From contig CAZHWL010000001.1 in the NCBI GenBank assembly GCA_964536035.1, forward strand, positions 1 to 30,456: DNA of 30,456 bases, given 5' to 3'. Made by a program: the position numbers and the translations under genes. Source of the stretch: an uncultured Candidatus Bathyarchaeia archaeon (GTDB lineage: Archaea; Thermoproteota; Bathyarchaeia; Bathyarchaeales; Bathycorpusculaceae). The notes below the pieces were generated by a model. That model made no database searches. It saw only the letters and a program-made list of their open reading frames with translations, and was not told the DNA's origin. Numbering within the stretch: the first letter of the stretch is position 1; each line of letters starts with the position of its first letter. Of this stretch, positions 8,777 to 19,000 are shown one piece after another.

Positions 8777-10666
8777 TTAAACAAGCAGCAAAAACAACAT
8801 CAAGAGAACACCACTGCCAACACAAATTGGCCCTATGATTTTTTTTGCCCTCTGCAGTGCCGTGTCGGTGAGAAGAGACAAAGTCTCCAGTCGCTCTTCA
8901 CCAATCACCTTGATGTTTGGTATGACGATGCTACGACAGCCAGCTTTCACATATTCAAGTCTTGATAAAGCAGTCCGTGTCGCTTCTTTGATGTATTCGA
9001 TCAGTTTCTCATGCGGAATCGCTTCTCCTACTGGGTGATATCCGCGTCTTCCAAGAATCACGGCGTTGACTGAATGCGTGTCGGTAGTGTAAACTTCGCC
9101 CGCGTCAATACCAAAGCCATGAAGAGCGGACAGAATTTTCTCACGAAGTCCAGAAATCATGTTATTACCATCAATAACCACGTAAGCAGTCTTCTGGTTG
9201 CTGACTTTAACCACAGTCACGGTTATCCCTCCGTCTCCCATGCCATCCTGTAATCGAAATTCCTTCGGACACAACGTAGACGCTCCGACCTCGAATGTTG
9301 ACTGCTTCATAGATGAAGCTTTCTCCAAACACTTAGCAGCCGCATCTTTCAACGAGTCTAAGACTTCGTTCACGTTGTTGACGCCATTGATGCTGTTATG
9401 CGCATTGACGACGATACAGCATTTCAAACCATGTTTTTCGGCTTCTTGCTGGACAAATACTCCCAACTCTTGCGGAAAGTCTTCCGTTGTGCTTGGAGAC
9501 AGAGTGATTGAAAGAAAAGCGGAATTGCCAAAGATTTGACAACAGGCAATAGCCACACCATTGCTTACTGTAGTGAAGGGCGACGCTTTTGCAGCGGTAG
9601 CCTCAAAGGTCACTCCTTCAACGACATGTCTAATTATGCTTTGATTCTGAAGCTGCGAAGCCAAATCAAGTTCGTGACCAAACAACCCATGCGGAGCGCA
9701 TGCAATGCATCCAAACTCCTTTTCAACCGCGTTCTTAAGCAATGCAGGTAGAATACTGCTTCCAATGTTCTTGAAAGGACCAGGATGGACAGAAGGAATT
9801 ATCATAACCGCTTTAGGCTTATCAGAGGCAAATTTCATCAGCGAAACCTCGACATCTTGCTCTTCCCCAAGCTCTTCCAAAAACTGCTCAAAGGGGTCGT
9901 TCAAGTTCTCTATCCAATTCAGCAAAAATGCCTTGAAAAGCTTCAAAGAGGGAATACCGAGAGAATTCTTTCCAACTTGGTTGACAAGATGAAGGAAAGC
10001 ATAGCTTGCAACGATCCCTACAACAGAAGCGAAAAGCAGAAAAAATATCAGTTGGGCACTTATCGAGAAACCAAGCGCAACCCAGAGCGTTAATAATGGA
10101 GCTAAGAGGCTGTAAGGTTGAACAAATGCGGCAAAAAGCAGTTTTCCGTTGTCGTCATCTGAACTAGCGTTGAAAACTATCAACCTGAAGATTAATACTG
10201 CTGAAAACCCCAAAAGACAAAGCCTCATCCACCATGCAGACTCAACCGCGTAGAGCGTTATTACATCGCCAACAAGGACGAATGCAAACCATAGGCCCAA
10301 ACCGAAAAGAGACACCACGGCAGTTCGTCTCAAATCGTAGATGGGGTTATGTCTCCGTATCAATTTGCTGATGGCAAGGTCAAGTAGGAGATTTGCAAGA
10401 AGCATAGAACACCCAAGCAGGACTCCATCGATCAATCCCTTCTGAGAGGGAGAGAGAACTGTCGTGGATAACAAGCTGCCTCCAACGCAAATCAGAGCCT
10501 GAAACAGCACAACTCTTGTATATGATGGAAGCTTGAAGAGTGAAGCATAATGCTTCACTGCGTTGTCCATCGACTCATTGAGAGAGACTTTTGTCAAACT
10601 TCCATCCTCTGAAACGGACTTTCTAGAAAGTAGCGAGGAGAATATTAAATTATTGTGAAAACACAT
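8777..10666 (-). CDS. DUF2070 membrane protein (COG3356, predicted membrane lipid hydrolase)
   Basis: Multi-TM N-terminal half; soluble domain with HPGPF, HG..GH, NAHNS, DGNNM and TTDTH; C-terminal TM helix. Start is uncertain; ATG 10570 (MDNAVKHY) is plausible. Confidence 0.88.
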   Translation of the reverse strand: MCFHNNLIFSSLLSRKSVSEDGSLTKVSLNESMDNAVKHYASLFKLPSYTRVVLFQALICVGGSLLSTTVLSPSQKGLIDGVLLGCSMLLANLLLDLAISKLIRRHNPIYDLRRTAVVSLFGLGLWFAFVLVGDVITLYAVESAWWMRLCLLGFSAVLIFRLIVFNASSDDDNGKLLFAAFVQPYSLLAPLLTLWVALGFSISAQLIFFLLFASVVGIVASYAFLHLVNQVGKNSLGIPSLKLFKAFLLNWIENLNDPFEQFLEELGEEQDVEVSLMKFASDKPKAVMIIPSVHPGPFKNIGSSILPALLKNAVEKEFGCIACAPHGLFGHELDLASQLQNQSIIRHVVEGVTFEATAAKASPFTTVSNGVAIACCQIFGNSAFLSITLSPSTTEDFPQELGVFVQQEAEKHGLKCCIVVNAHNSINGVNNVNEVLDSLKDAAAKCLEKASSMKQSTFEVGASTLCPKEFRLQDGMGDGGITVTVVKVSNQKTAYVVIDGNNMISGLREKILSALHGFGIDAGEVYTTDTHSVNAVILGRRGYHPVGEAIPHEKLIEYIKEATRTALSRLEYVKAGCRSIVIPNIKVIGEERLETLSLLTDTALQRAKKIIGPICVGSGVLLMLFLLLV

Positions 10667-10848
10667 GAAAATACCTCAGGTTTCTAGCTGGCGTACGAAG
10701 TGGAATGTCCATAATATGCAGATTTTTGAGGCACAATCATACGAGTCATATTCCTGGATTTAACACTTGATTACATTGTCACCACATGGTTTAAGAAGGA
10801 CAACCGTTTAATCTTTTAACCGTCAATTACTGAGGTTTTGCGGAATCT

Positions 10849-11139
10849 ATGCCAGAGCAAGGGCCACCCTTAACGATCTTTCACATGCTTGAAAAGAATA
10901 TGGGAAAAGAGATACGGGTGATCTTGGACCCATCATATGGTTTCGAAGGAACTCTCGCTGCAGTTACAACAGAGCCTGCAGGCATATGGCTTTCAGATGC
11001 TGAGGCAGTTATATTGCGAGCAACGATAGCTCAGCCAATACCTCAAGTTGCAAGCCGTGAAGAGAGAAGCGAGATATTTGTACACCTTAATTCTGTTCAA
11101 AGAATAGAAGTGCTTCATGCGCCTCTGCCAAGGCGCTAG
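10849..11139 (+). CDS. Divergent Sm/LSm-fold protein
   Basis: Helix followed by IRVIL-GFEGTL-IWLSDAE, a long loop, then IFVHLNSV-RIEVL. This matches Sm topology, but the canonical RNA-binding residues are absent. Confidence 0.6.
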   Translation: MPEQGPPLTIFHMLEKNMGKEIRVILDPSYGFEGTLAAVTTEPAGIWLSDAEAVILRATIAQPIPQVASREERSEIFVHLNSVQRIEVLHAPLPRR

Positions 11140-11151
11140 ATGTTCCTTTTC

Positions 11152-11328
11152 TCAGACTGTCGGGAAGAACTTCTGGGCCAGAATACACACGACTATCATG
11201 GCGACCGAGGCAATCATAAGTATCTCAGGTCTAATCTTGATGCCGTTGGTTTCTTCCTCAAAGAAACGCATTAAGCCGGCGCTAGCAGCGGGCATTGGTC
11301 CCGATGATTCCTTCTTTTTTTTGCTCAT
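11152..11328 (-). CDS. secG: Preprotein translocase subunit Sec61beta (not in the ORF track; 58 aa)
   Basis: Hand translation gives MSKKKKESSGPMPAASAGLMRFFEEETNGIKIRPEILMIASVAMIVVCILAQKFFPTV*: the AGL(M)RFFEE signature, KI.P and one TM helix; GGTGA RBS upstream. Confidence 0.93.
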   Translation of the reverse strand: MSKKKKESSGPMPAASAGLMRFFEEETNGIKIRPEILMIASVAMIVVCILAQKFFPTV

Positions 11329-11449
11329 TTAAAGCTCACCGCATACTCTTAACACAACTGCTACCGTTTTCTCCATTATTAATGTTATGTTAGCCCAAAA
11401 GAGTTTTTATTTGCCTACAATTGATACAGTCTATACAAAGGTGTCGGCA

Positions 11450-12766
11450 ATGGCAAGTAACCGAGATGAATACAATCAAGTTTTCAACCTTCTTGAACAA
11501 CACCACAAATGGTTCCAAGAAAGCATTCCACTCATCGCAAGTGAGAACATCCCGAGCCCTGCAGTGCGTGAAGCAATAATAACCGATTTCGGAAACCGAT
11601 ACGCAGAGGGCTGGCCTGGGGAGAGAGTCTACGCCGGTTGCCGATTCATAGATCAGGTTGAATTCAAATGCATCGATCTAATGAAGAAAATGTACGGCGC
11701 AGAGTTCGTGGACGTCAGACCAATCTCAGGCGTCGTGGCAAATCTGGCAGTATATACGGCTTTCACTGAACCCGGCGACACCCTATTGGCACTATCAATA
11801 CCCTGTGGAGGTCATATCACTTCGGGCAAGAAGGAGCTAGGCGGAACAGCAGGAGCAGTCAAAGGATTAGTCGTAGAGTATCTTCCCCTAGACTACAAAG
11901 AACTCAACATAGATGTAGATAAAGCAAAGAACAAAATCCAAGAATTGGCAGCAAAAGGGAAAGCACCGAAATTTGTGATGTTCGGCGCAAGCGTTTTTCC
12001 CTTTCCACATCCAGTAAAGGAACTGGTTGAATCTGTTCATTCAGTTGGCGCTACAGTAGGATACGATGCTGCACATGTGGCTGGACTCATTGCAGGCAGG
12101 CAATTCCAAGATCCGTTGAAAGAAGGCGCAGACGTTGTCAGCCTGAGCACGCACAAGACATTCTTTGGACCTCAACATGGCGGAATACTGTCATGGGAAA
12201 AGAACGCTGAGAAACTAAAGAAAGCAACATTCCCAGGAATGGTCAGCAACCATCATCTACATTCTGTCGCGGGTTTAGCTATAGCTTGCGCAGAAATGCT
12301 CGAGTTCGGTAAAGACTATGCAAGCCAAGTGGTGAGAAACGCTAAAGCCTTGGCTCAAGCGCTGTATGAGCGCGGTTTCAACGTTCTGGCTGAACACAAA
12401 GGTTTCACGCAGTCACATGTGATCTTGATCGACATCACAAAACATGGCGACGGAGGAACAATTGAAGAGACGCTGGAAAAAGCCAACGTGATAATAAACA
12501 GAAACCTATTGCCTTGGGACATCAAAGAAGGCAGACACTTCATGCATCCAGGCGGAATAAGAATAGGCGTCTCAGAAGTGACAAGACTCGGAATGAGAGA
12601 ACCACAGATGACAGAGATAGCAGAGTTCATTAAACGAATCATAATCGACAAAGAATCACTGGAAAAAGTGAGAACAGACGTAACAGAATTCAGAAAGAAC
12701 TACCAACGCGTTCACTACTGCTTCGAAAACACAACAGAAGCCTACAAATACATTAAAGTCCGCTAA
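11450..12766 (+). CDS. glyA: Serine hydroxymethyltransferase, archaeal type
   Basis: LIASEN, RYAEG, YDAAH, STHKTFFGPQ (PLP lysine), SNHH and GIRIG motifs. Start moved from 11387 to ATG 11450. Confidence 0.96.
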   Translation: MASNRDEYNQVFNLLEQHHKWFQESIPLIASENIPSPAVREAIITDFGNRYAEGWPGERVYAGCRFIDQVEFKCIDLMKKMYGAEFVDVRPISGVVANLAVYTAFTEPGDTLLALSIPCGGHITSGKKELGGTAGAVKGLVVEYLPLDYKELNIDVDKAKNKIQELAAKGKAPKFVMFGASVFPFPHPVKELVESVHSVGATVGYDAAHVAGLIAGRQFQDPLKEGADVVSLSTHKTFFGPQHGGILSWEKNAEKLKKATFPGMVSNHHLHSVAGLAIACAEMLEFGKDYASQVVRNAKALAQALYERGFNVLAEHKGFTQSHVILIDITKHGDGGTIEETLEKANVIINRNLLPWDIKEGRHFMHPGGIRIGVSEVTRLGMREPQMTEIAEFIKRIIIDKESLEKVRTDVTEFRKNYQRVHYCFENTTEAYKYIKVR

Positions 12767-12846
12767 ACATCCTTCGCTCCTTCTTCTTGCGCAGATAACA
12801 GTTGAGCATGACTTTCTGAAACCGGGATTAGATTGCCAGAAGTGGT

Positions 12847-13173
12847 TTGATGAAAATACGTGAATTTCAGGAATTGATGAAAATTCTATACTTTTCAAGA
12901 GATTCTAAACGCGGCGCCAAAGCAACCTATGAATGGCTAGTTGATGAAGTTCGTGAACTTGGAGAAGCATTGGAAAAAGGAGACAGGTATGAATTGGAAG
13001 GAGAGTTTGCAGACGTCATCGCTTGGCTGGCATCATTGGCAAATGTTGTTCATCTAGACCTTGAAGCCGCAACCCTCAAGAAGTACAGGGACAAGTGCCC
13101 TAAGTGTAGGCAGTCGCCTTGCCAATGCCCATTCAGGACGAGTTCAAAAGCCGTTTTTGACCAGCACCAGTAA
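12847..13173 (+). CDS. MazG-like nucleotide pyrophosphohydrolase with C-terminal Cys cluster
   Basis: DEVRELGEA...GEFADVIAWL acidic motif; CPKC....CQC tail. Confidence 0.88.
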   Translation: MMKIREFQELMKILYFSRDSKRGAKATYEWLVDEVRELGEALEKGDRYELEGEFADVIAWLASLANVVHLDLEAATLKKYRDKCPKCRQSPCQCPFRTSSKAVFDQHQ

Positions 13174-13408
13174 GCATCCACAGATATTGTTTTCTACTGC
13201 CTTTTCGCTCCACGATTCCTTCAGCCATCAGAAGCTTAAGGTGATGAGTTACAACTCTGTAATGCATTCCGTTTTCGGTAGCAAGGGTTTTGGCGTCAGA
13301 GGATTGTTTCTCCAATGTCGCCAGTATCTGAGTTCTGTCTTTTAAGCCGAGTTTGATGTTCCTGATTTTTGACAAGAAGGCATTAGGATGGAAAGTTTCT
13401 TTGGTCAT
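13133..13408 (-). CDS. Small winged-helix (ArsR-like) DNA-binding protein
   Basis: RTQILATL...AKTLA...HYRVVTHHLKLL..EGIVER HTH pattern; lies 43 bp downstream of polC on the same strand. Confidence 0.8.
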   Translation of the reverse strand: MTKETFHPNAFLSKIRNIKLGLKDRTQILATLEKQSSDAKTLATENGMHYRVVTHHLKLLMAEGIVERKGSRKQYLWMLTGAGQKRLLNSS

Positions 13409-13451
13409 TCTTATCAGATGTAAATACAGCTTTCATGTAGAAAAATCTTGT

Positions 13452-16400
13452 TTATGCAAAATCTGTCAGGCTTTTTTGTTTCGGCTTCTTGCTGCTCGCG
13501 AACATTGCGTTAATTTCTTCTTTCATCAAGGTAATTCTCTGTCCATAGTATGAGGGCAAATGATACTTCTCAATTATGTGCTGCGCGACTTCCAAGTATT
13601 TCTCTATACCACCACGATACACAGTCAAAGTCAATTGTCCACCGCACATTGGACACTTGCCGCGTAACGGCAATCGTCGATAACGTTTGTTACATGACTT
13701 GCATCTGAAAGCTTGAGTTGAAAAGGCGCGCAGGTTTCCAGCTATGTCCCTCATGAAATGTGTGTTTAAAACCTTCAAAGCTACTCGCCTAGCGTCAACA
13801 GCATCAATTTTTTCCGCTAACCCAAGTTGACCATCAAGCTTATCCACCATGGCCTTGAAACGTTTGTAAACGCTCTCAGAATTGCCCAAATTAACATTTG
13901 ACACAGGAGTCGTAAAGCCGAATCCTTCAAACTGAGCCTCCGTGCCAAGTCTCGATCCAACAAGGTCTATTATTTGGCTGACCTGTCTGGATTCAGCTTT
14001 TTCCAAAGTTTTCCCAAAGAATTCTGCTGAATAGGTTTTGGCAACGTCAAAATCATGCGCCTGTCGTTGTACTTCCTTCGTATTTACAACTGGAATCAGG
14101 AGAAGCGGGGCATCCATTATTCCGCCAATTCGTGCGGGTAAATATTCGCGCGAGAAGTTGACCAAAGTATCCAGTGCAAGCATTACAGCATCTTCATCTC
14201 CATCGCAGTCTCTGCGCTTAGCTGAATGCCAGATGGGATGGGCGTAGCAGAGGCTTAAGCTTGTAAATCCGATGATGCGACCAAGAATGCCTGCACAAGT
14301 GTGTGGTGCCAAACCAACAATCAAGTGTCCTACCAGATCATCTACGTTTTTCACATTGTAGTAAGGTTGAAGACCATAGACCTTTGTCAAAAGTTCGTCT
14401 ATGAAACTTGCGACTTGCACAAAATATTCCGCGTTTTTGACAGGAATAACGATATCTTGCAGCTTCAACTCGCACACTTGATCTGGATCGGTCAAATTTG
14501 CGCCATCCATAGCACAGGTATAACCCAAACGTCTCAATCTCTCAACAGAAACTCCTATTTCCGCAGGCCTAAAATGGGTCAAAGGCGCGTTCGTAGCATC
14601 AAAACGGATAGTACCATCCTTATATACAGATAACTCGTGTTTCGCCCGAAGCACTCCTTTCTCAATTACTTCTGGGGTCTTGGACTCATTTGTCAACCCT
14701 TTGACACCTTTAAGAATTTTTGGGACAGAGACCCTTAAGTTGCTACAGGCGCTGTTAACGAGATCCTTAAAATTGGCAGGCTGTTTCTCATACTGTTTAG
14801 CAGGAATCCTGCAGACAGAGCACTCATTGTCTTTCAGGCTCTTGCCACACCGAGGGCAACTCTTTTCAGAAATCGTTTCCGAACCACATACAGGACACTT
14901 CACTCTTGCCGTAAATGTCTTGCAGTTTGGACACTTGCGTTTCACGATCTCAATGAATGCTGGGCCACGAGTTGCCGCCTCAATAAAATCTCTGCGAGAG
15001 CCCCCGGCCAGGCCAACAGGGAAAAGTACATGCACGAGCGGTTTCATCTCTCGTCGTTTTGCCTTCTCAGGTCTTCCCATTCTTGCGCCGACGAAAGTCG
15101 GAGCTTTTTCCCTGATCTGGAACCCCGAAAGGATACAGAGTTCATCCAAAATGGATTTGGCGGAAGCAATGCTTACTTCTTGAGATCTATGGAAGCCGAG
15201 ACAACAAGCAAAGGCTTGAGCGTCTTCACCTTCGACTATGATCTTGCCCTCAGTAACTTTGTGGGGCAGGTAGATCTTCTCCATTGCTTTCTTTACGTTC
15301 TCGTCCATGTCTCCAGTGAGCTTACAGACAATTTGATCTTGATTTTGGACTTCACACTTGTGAAGCCACTTTCTCATCTGCTCAAGATCGTCTAGTGAAG
15401 AAAGATTTGTCCAAAAAAACGTGAAGCGTGGATGCAAAGGAACCCCCAAGTTTGCAGACAGAGCGACTGCTTCGGATACGCTTGGCATTTTGCTGAATGG
15501 GTCTCCTAGCATCTCTTCTAGTCTCTGAGGCTGGATGTTCAGAATTCTTGCAACATCTTCTAGGTTTCCATTGGATTTTTCACCGATGGTTCGGCGAAGG
15601 TCTTCAATCCACCACTCTTCAACATATCCGGAGGGTGAGAGAGGTTTATTGTTATAGAGAAAATCGCCAAAACTGATCAATATGTCGCCTAGAAACAGAA
15701 TTCTATCAATCTCTGTTTTCAGTTTGCCGTAGTTTTCAACACTTACACGAAGAACTGAACCGTTTTTGAGTTTCACAACCGGAGGTTCAACTGAGTCAAC
15801 AGGAACAACAATTCCGCCTTTTCCAGGCAATTCCAAGCGGAGCTGCGTGCCTCCAGCCAGAAATCCTTGGAGAGTCAACATAGTTGCTGGGTGAATCCCT
15901 ACTGCCGATAAGCCAGTGTTACGCGATCTGCCGTATCTCAGACGAAAACCGCCACGTGTGGAAGGGAAAGAGAAGATTGGGCGTCCAGCGATAACATCAT
16001 CCATGAAGCCTGCGGTCTTCTTTTCAGATTTTCTTCTGACGTCTCTGAGCCAGTCCCAGCCCTGGAAACCAAGTTTTTCGATCACTGTTAAAACTTTTGG
16101 AGCGCGGCCCACAATGCCGTCATTTACAACCCTCAGAGCCCCACCACGTATGCGATTGGTCTCCACTCGTGGAAGATTCCTGAATGAAGACACTTCAATA
16201 GGGTCAGATTCTGTTCCGGTCACTTCAACAGGAATCCACTGCAATGCTTTGCGCAGTTCATCATCTGAAATATGGTATTGGAAACGTGTCACGGATCTCT
16301 CATACAATCGAACTTCTTCAATGAACCGCGATATCTCCTCCTCTGTTGGCTTGTAGCGATCCAACCCCAAGAGGCGACGGATAAAGTCTCCGACAACCAA

Positions 16401-16871
16401 CGTTAAGGCCTGATCGGTTCCTCCTGCTGAACGCATCGGACCAGCGAAGTATATTGCAAGATATTTCGTCCGGTCATTGTTTGTCTTGATGATTACTTTG
16501 GCCACTCCTTGCAATGGTGCAGCAGTAAGACCCTCAGTGAATATTGCGAGAGCACTGCGTATCGCTTGGTCAGCTGCAGCCTCCGGTTCCATGTGACCGA
16601 ATTTGCCGTAGACAATTTCTTCAGTGATCTTAAACGCCAGCTCTTCCCTTGGAAGTTTCGAACTAAGCTCTCTAATGCTTGCAGCTACTCCCTTAGGCCC
16701 AACAAGGCCTTCCACAAGATCAGCCAAGTCTTTAGCGATCTTGCATTCGGTCCTCAGTGAAGGATCAAACCCCTTCTCACGAGCCCTATCACTAATCTCA
16801 TACAATCTCCCAAGTTCATTCTCCAAGCTTTCCACATAACGCTGATAAGCTTCGCTCATCTGTCCATTCAA
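13452..16871 (-). CDS. polC: DNA polymerase II (PolD) large subunit DP2
   Basis: GGTDQAL, GFRLRYGRSRNTG, IGARMGRPEK-like VGARMGRPEKA, catalytic RRDCDGDED, and Zn fingers (CPNC/CPVC/CPRC/CSVC; CKSC/CPMC). No intein. Confidence 0.98.
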   Translation of the reverse strand: MNGQMSEAYQRYVESLENELGRLYEISDRAREKGFDPSLRTECKIAKDLADLVEGLVGPKGVAASIRELSSKLPREELAFKITEEIVYGKFGHMEPEAAADQAIRSALAIFTEGLTAAPLQGVAKVIIKTNNDRTKYLAIYFAGPMRSAGGTDQALTLVVGDFIRRLLGLDRYKPTEEEISRFIEEVRLYERSVTRFQYHISDDELRKALQWIPVEVTGTESDPIEVSSFRNLPRVETNRIRGGALRVVNDGIVGRAPKVLTVIEKLGFQGWDWLRDVRRKSEKKTAGFMDDVIAGRPIFSFPSTRGGFRLRYGRSRNTGLSAVGIHPATMLTLQGFLAGGTQLRLELPGKGGIVVPVDSVEPPVVKLKNGSVLRVSVENYGKLKTEIDRILFLGDILISFGDFLYNNKPLSPSGYVEEWWIEDLRRTIGEKSNGNLEDVARILNIQPQRLEEMLGDPFSKMPSVSEAVALSANLGVPLHPRFTFFWTNLSSLDDLEQMRKWLHKCEVQNQDQIVCKLTGDMDENVKKAMEKIYLPHKVTEGKIIVEGEDAQAFACCLGFHRSQEVSIASAKSILDELCILSGFQIREKAPTFVGARMGRPEKAKRREMKPLVHVLFPVGLAGGSRRDFIEAATRGPAFIEIVKRKCPNCKTFTARVKCPVCGSETISEKSCPRCGKSLKDNECSVCRIPAKQYEKQPANFKDLVNSACSNLRVSVPKILKGVKGLTNESKTPEVIEKGVLRAKHELSVYKDGTIRFDATNAPLTHFRPAEIGVSVERLRRLGYTCAMDGANLTDPDQVCELKLQDIVIPVKNAEYFVQVASFIDELLTKVYGLQPYYNVKNVDDLVGHLIVGLAPHTCAGILGRIIGFTSLSLCYAHPIWHSAKRRDCDGDEDAVMLALDTLVNFSREYLPARIGGIMDAPLLLIPVVNTKEVQRQAHDFDVAKTYSAEFFGKTLEKAESRQVSQIIDLVGSRLGTEAQFEGFGFTTPVSNVNLGNSESVYKRFKAMVDKLDGQLGLAEKIDAVDARRVALKVLNTHFMRDIAGNLRAFSTQAFRCKSCNKRYRRLPLRGKCPMCGGQLTLTVYRGGIEKYLEVAQHIIEKYHLPSYYGQRITLMKEEINAMFASSKKPKQKSLTDFA

Positions 16872-17019
16872 ACAGTGCCCCTCTAAAACCCTAAAGCGCT
16901 TCAGAGTTTATTTCTGTTTTCTGACACGAAGAAATCAAAATAAGCTTACGACTACGCATGCAAACCGTTTGAATTCTACATGAAGCCGCCACAAAAGCGA
17001 TACCGATTACAGCGGCCTC

Positions 17020-17772
17020 TCAGATTCTACGATGCCTCAAACCCTCAATAATCTCCGAGACTTTGCGGCGCACTCCATTATTTTCTACAACGTTTCCTGT
17101 GACTATTATGTCAGCGCCTGCAGAAGCCGCAGCCAGTGCTTGTCCTCTTGAGCGTATGCCGCCACCAACGATCAGCGGCACATCAAGGTATTGTCTTACC
17201 GCGCGAATCATGTCAGGAGGCACAGGTTCTTTTGCACCTGATCCTGCCTCAAGGTAGATAAAGCGCATGCCCAAGTATTGCCCTGCCAAGGCGTGGGCGA
17301 CCACGAGTTCAGGTTTATTGTATGGCACAGCTATTGCTTTACCCACTACGCCTGCCGTGCCGCCTTCACCGACAATTATGTATCCCATAGGTATAGGTTC
17401 TAGACCATATCTCTTGATAAGGGGGGCTCCTAAGACTTGGGCACCCATTATGAAGTACGGGTCAGCTGAGTTCAACAAAGACATAAACCATATGGCATCA
17501 GCATAGCGGCTTATGCCAGTCACGTTGTTCGGAAACAAGATCACAGGTATCTTGACGGTGCGCTTGATAATTCTCACAACATCATCTAAGTGTTTTGAGG
17601 AGACAAATGTTGAGCCACCGATCATTATGGCTGTTGTACCACTAGTTCGTGCTTTACTCGCGATTTGAGAGGCTTGTGGTGGCGTGACCTTTTCAGGATC
17701 AATCAGTGTGATATGTATGGAGCCTTCTGCTTCAATCTTTTCTAATAGGCGCTTCTCAACAGAACCTACCAT
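17020..17772 (-). CDS. Geranylgeranylglyceryl phosphate synthase (group II, archaeal)
   Basis: TLIDPEK, IGGS, FMSLLNS, YLEAGSGA, VGGGIR and VTGN motifs. Confidence 0.95.
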   Translation of the reverse strand: MVGSVEKRLLEKIEAEGSIHITLIDPEKVTPPQASQIASKARTSGTTAIMIGGSTFVSSKHLDDVVRIIKRTVKIPVILFPNNVTGISRYADAIWFMSLLNSADPYFIMGAQVLGAPLIKRYGLEPIPMGYIIVGEGGTAGVVGKAIAVPYNKPELVVAHALAGQYLGMRFIYLEAGSGAKEPVPPDMIRAVRQYLDVPLIVGGGIRSRGQALAAASAGADIIVTGNVVENNGVRRKVSEIIEGLRHRRI

Positions 17773-17788
17773 GAACAAGTCAACCTAG

Positions 17789-18055
17789 CTAAGCGCTACT
17801 GATCTGAGGAGTTGAAGGCTTCCTTGGGCTTCCGTAGAATTTGTCCGTAAACATACAGTAGACATCTATCTCGCCTTGCGCAGGCTTCACAGGAAACTCG
17901 TCTTTGACACCACAGCTTCCGCAACCCACGGTAGCTCGGCCATCATCACGGTATATCTCAACGCGAACAGTTTCCTTACCACATTTGGGACAAGAGAAGA
18001 GTTTAGGCAACTTCTTCTTAGGAATACGGACGACTTTCCTTCTTCTTCGCCCCAT
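17789..18055 (-). CDS. elf1: Transcription elongation factor Elf1
   Basis: MGRRRRK basic N-terminus, FSCPKCG...CGSCG zinc ribbon, and IDVYCMFTD. Confidence 0.93.
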   Translation of the reverse strand: MGRRRRKVVRIPKKKLPKLFSCPKCGKETVRVEIYRDDGRATVGCGSCGVKDEFPVKPAQGEIDVYCMFTDKFYGSPRKPSTPQISSA

Positions 18056-18156
18056 TTCACTGATCCTTCTATACGGTACGAATCACAGTGTTCCAGTATT
18101 TTATGTTTGTCCTTAAATACTTGCGTATTGCCATAGGGCATTGAGGCAGTAGCTCC

Positions 18157-18993
18157 TTGAAATTGACGTCTTCTGTCTTGGATCTAGACTGGCTAGACGT
18201 AGAAACCAAGATAACACGGTTCATCAGTGACTATGTGGATAAAATCAAAGCAAAGGGCATAATTGTTGGATTGTCTGGCGGAATTGACAGTTGCGTTGTA
18301 GGAGCACTTTCAGCGAAAGCTATTGGCGGAAACAGAGTTCTTGGACTGATGCTTCCAGAGAAAGAAACAAGAAATGAGGAAGACATTCGTCACGCCAAGC
18401 TTGTGATAAAGAAGTTCAAACTCAGATCACAGCTCTGTGACATCACGTCAACTCTCGAAGCGATTTACACCTCAATTCCCATATTTGACACAGAAGACAG
18501 AGTGTGCAAAGGCAACATAAAAGCCCGCACAAGAATGCTATACAACTACTACTGTGCGAATAAACTTAACATGCTTGTTTGCGGAAGCTCAGATAAGTCT
18601 GAGACTATGATGGGATACTTCACGAAGTGGGGTGATGTCGCTGCAGACATCTCCCCAATAATGGATCTCTATAAAACCCAAGTCAAAAAACTTGCCAACC
18701 ACATTGGCATTCCGAAAACAATCATTGCCAAACCATCAACTCCGGCATTGTGGCCAGGCCAGACTGCAGAAGGAGAACTGGGCATCGGATATGAAACTCT
18801 TGATCTCATACTCTATGGTTTGGAACACTTTATGACCGTGGAGGAGATCTCAGAACAATTACTCATGAAGCCCAGCATTATAAAGAAGGCAAAACAAAGA
18901 TGGCTGGGAGCCGAACACAAAAGGCGCATGCTATTAACAACTAAACTTGAATACAGAACAGTGGGAACAGATTTTAGACTCAGAAGAGGATGA
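18157..18993 (+). CDS. nadE: NAD+ synthetase, single synthetase domain
   Basis: GLSGGIDS P-loop, GNIKARTRM, SDKSE, GYFTKWGD, DLYKTQV and PSTPALWPGQT motifs. Confidence 0.96.
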   Translation: MKLTSSVLDLDWLDVETKITRFISDYVDKIKAKGIIVGLSGGIDSCVVGALSAKAIGGNRVLGLMLPEKETRNEEDIRHAKLVIKKFKLRSQLCDITSTLEAIYTSIPIFDTEDRVCKGNIKARTRMLYNYYCANKLNMLVCGSSDKSETMMGYFTKWGDVAADISPIMDLYKTQVKKLANHIGIPKTIIAKPSTPALWPGQTAEGELGIGYETLDLILYGLEHFMTVEEISEQLLMKPSIIKKAKQRWLGAEHKRRMLLTTKLEYRTVGTDFRLRRG

Positions 18994-19000
18994 TGCAAAA

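Noticed and set aside
14190-14230. Intein at the usual DP2 insertion site
   Set aside because: HSAKRRDCDGDED is contiguous and DP2 is normal length; cdc6 is also uninterrupted.
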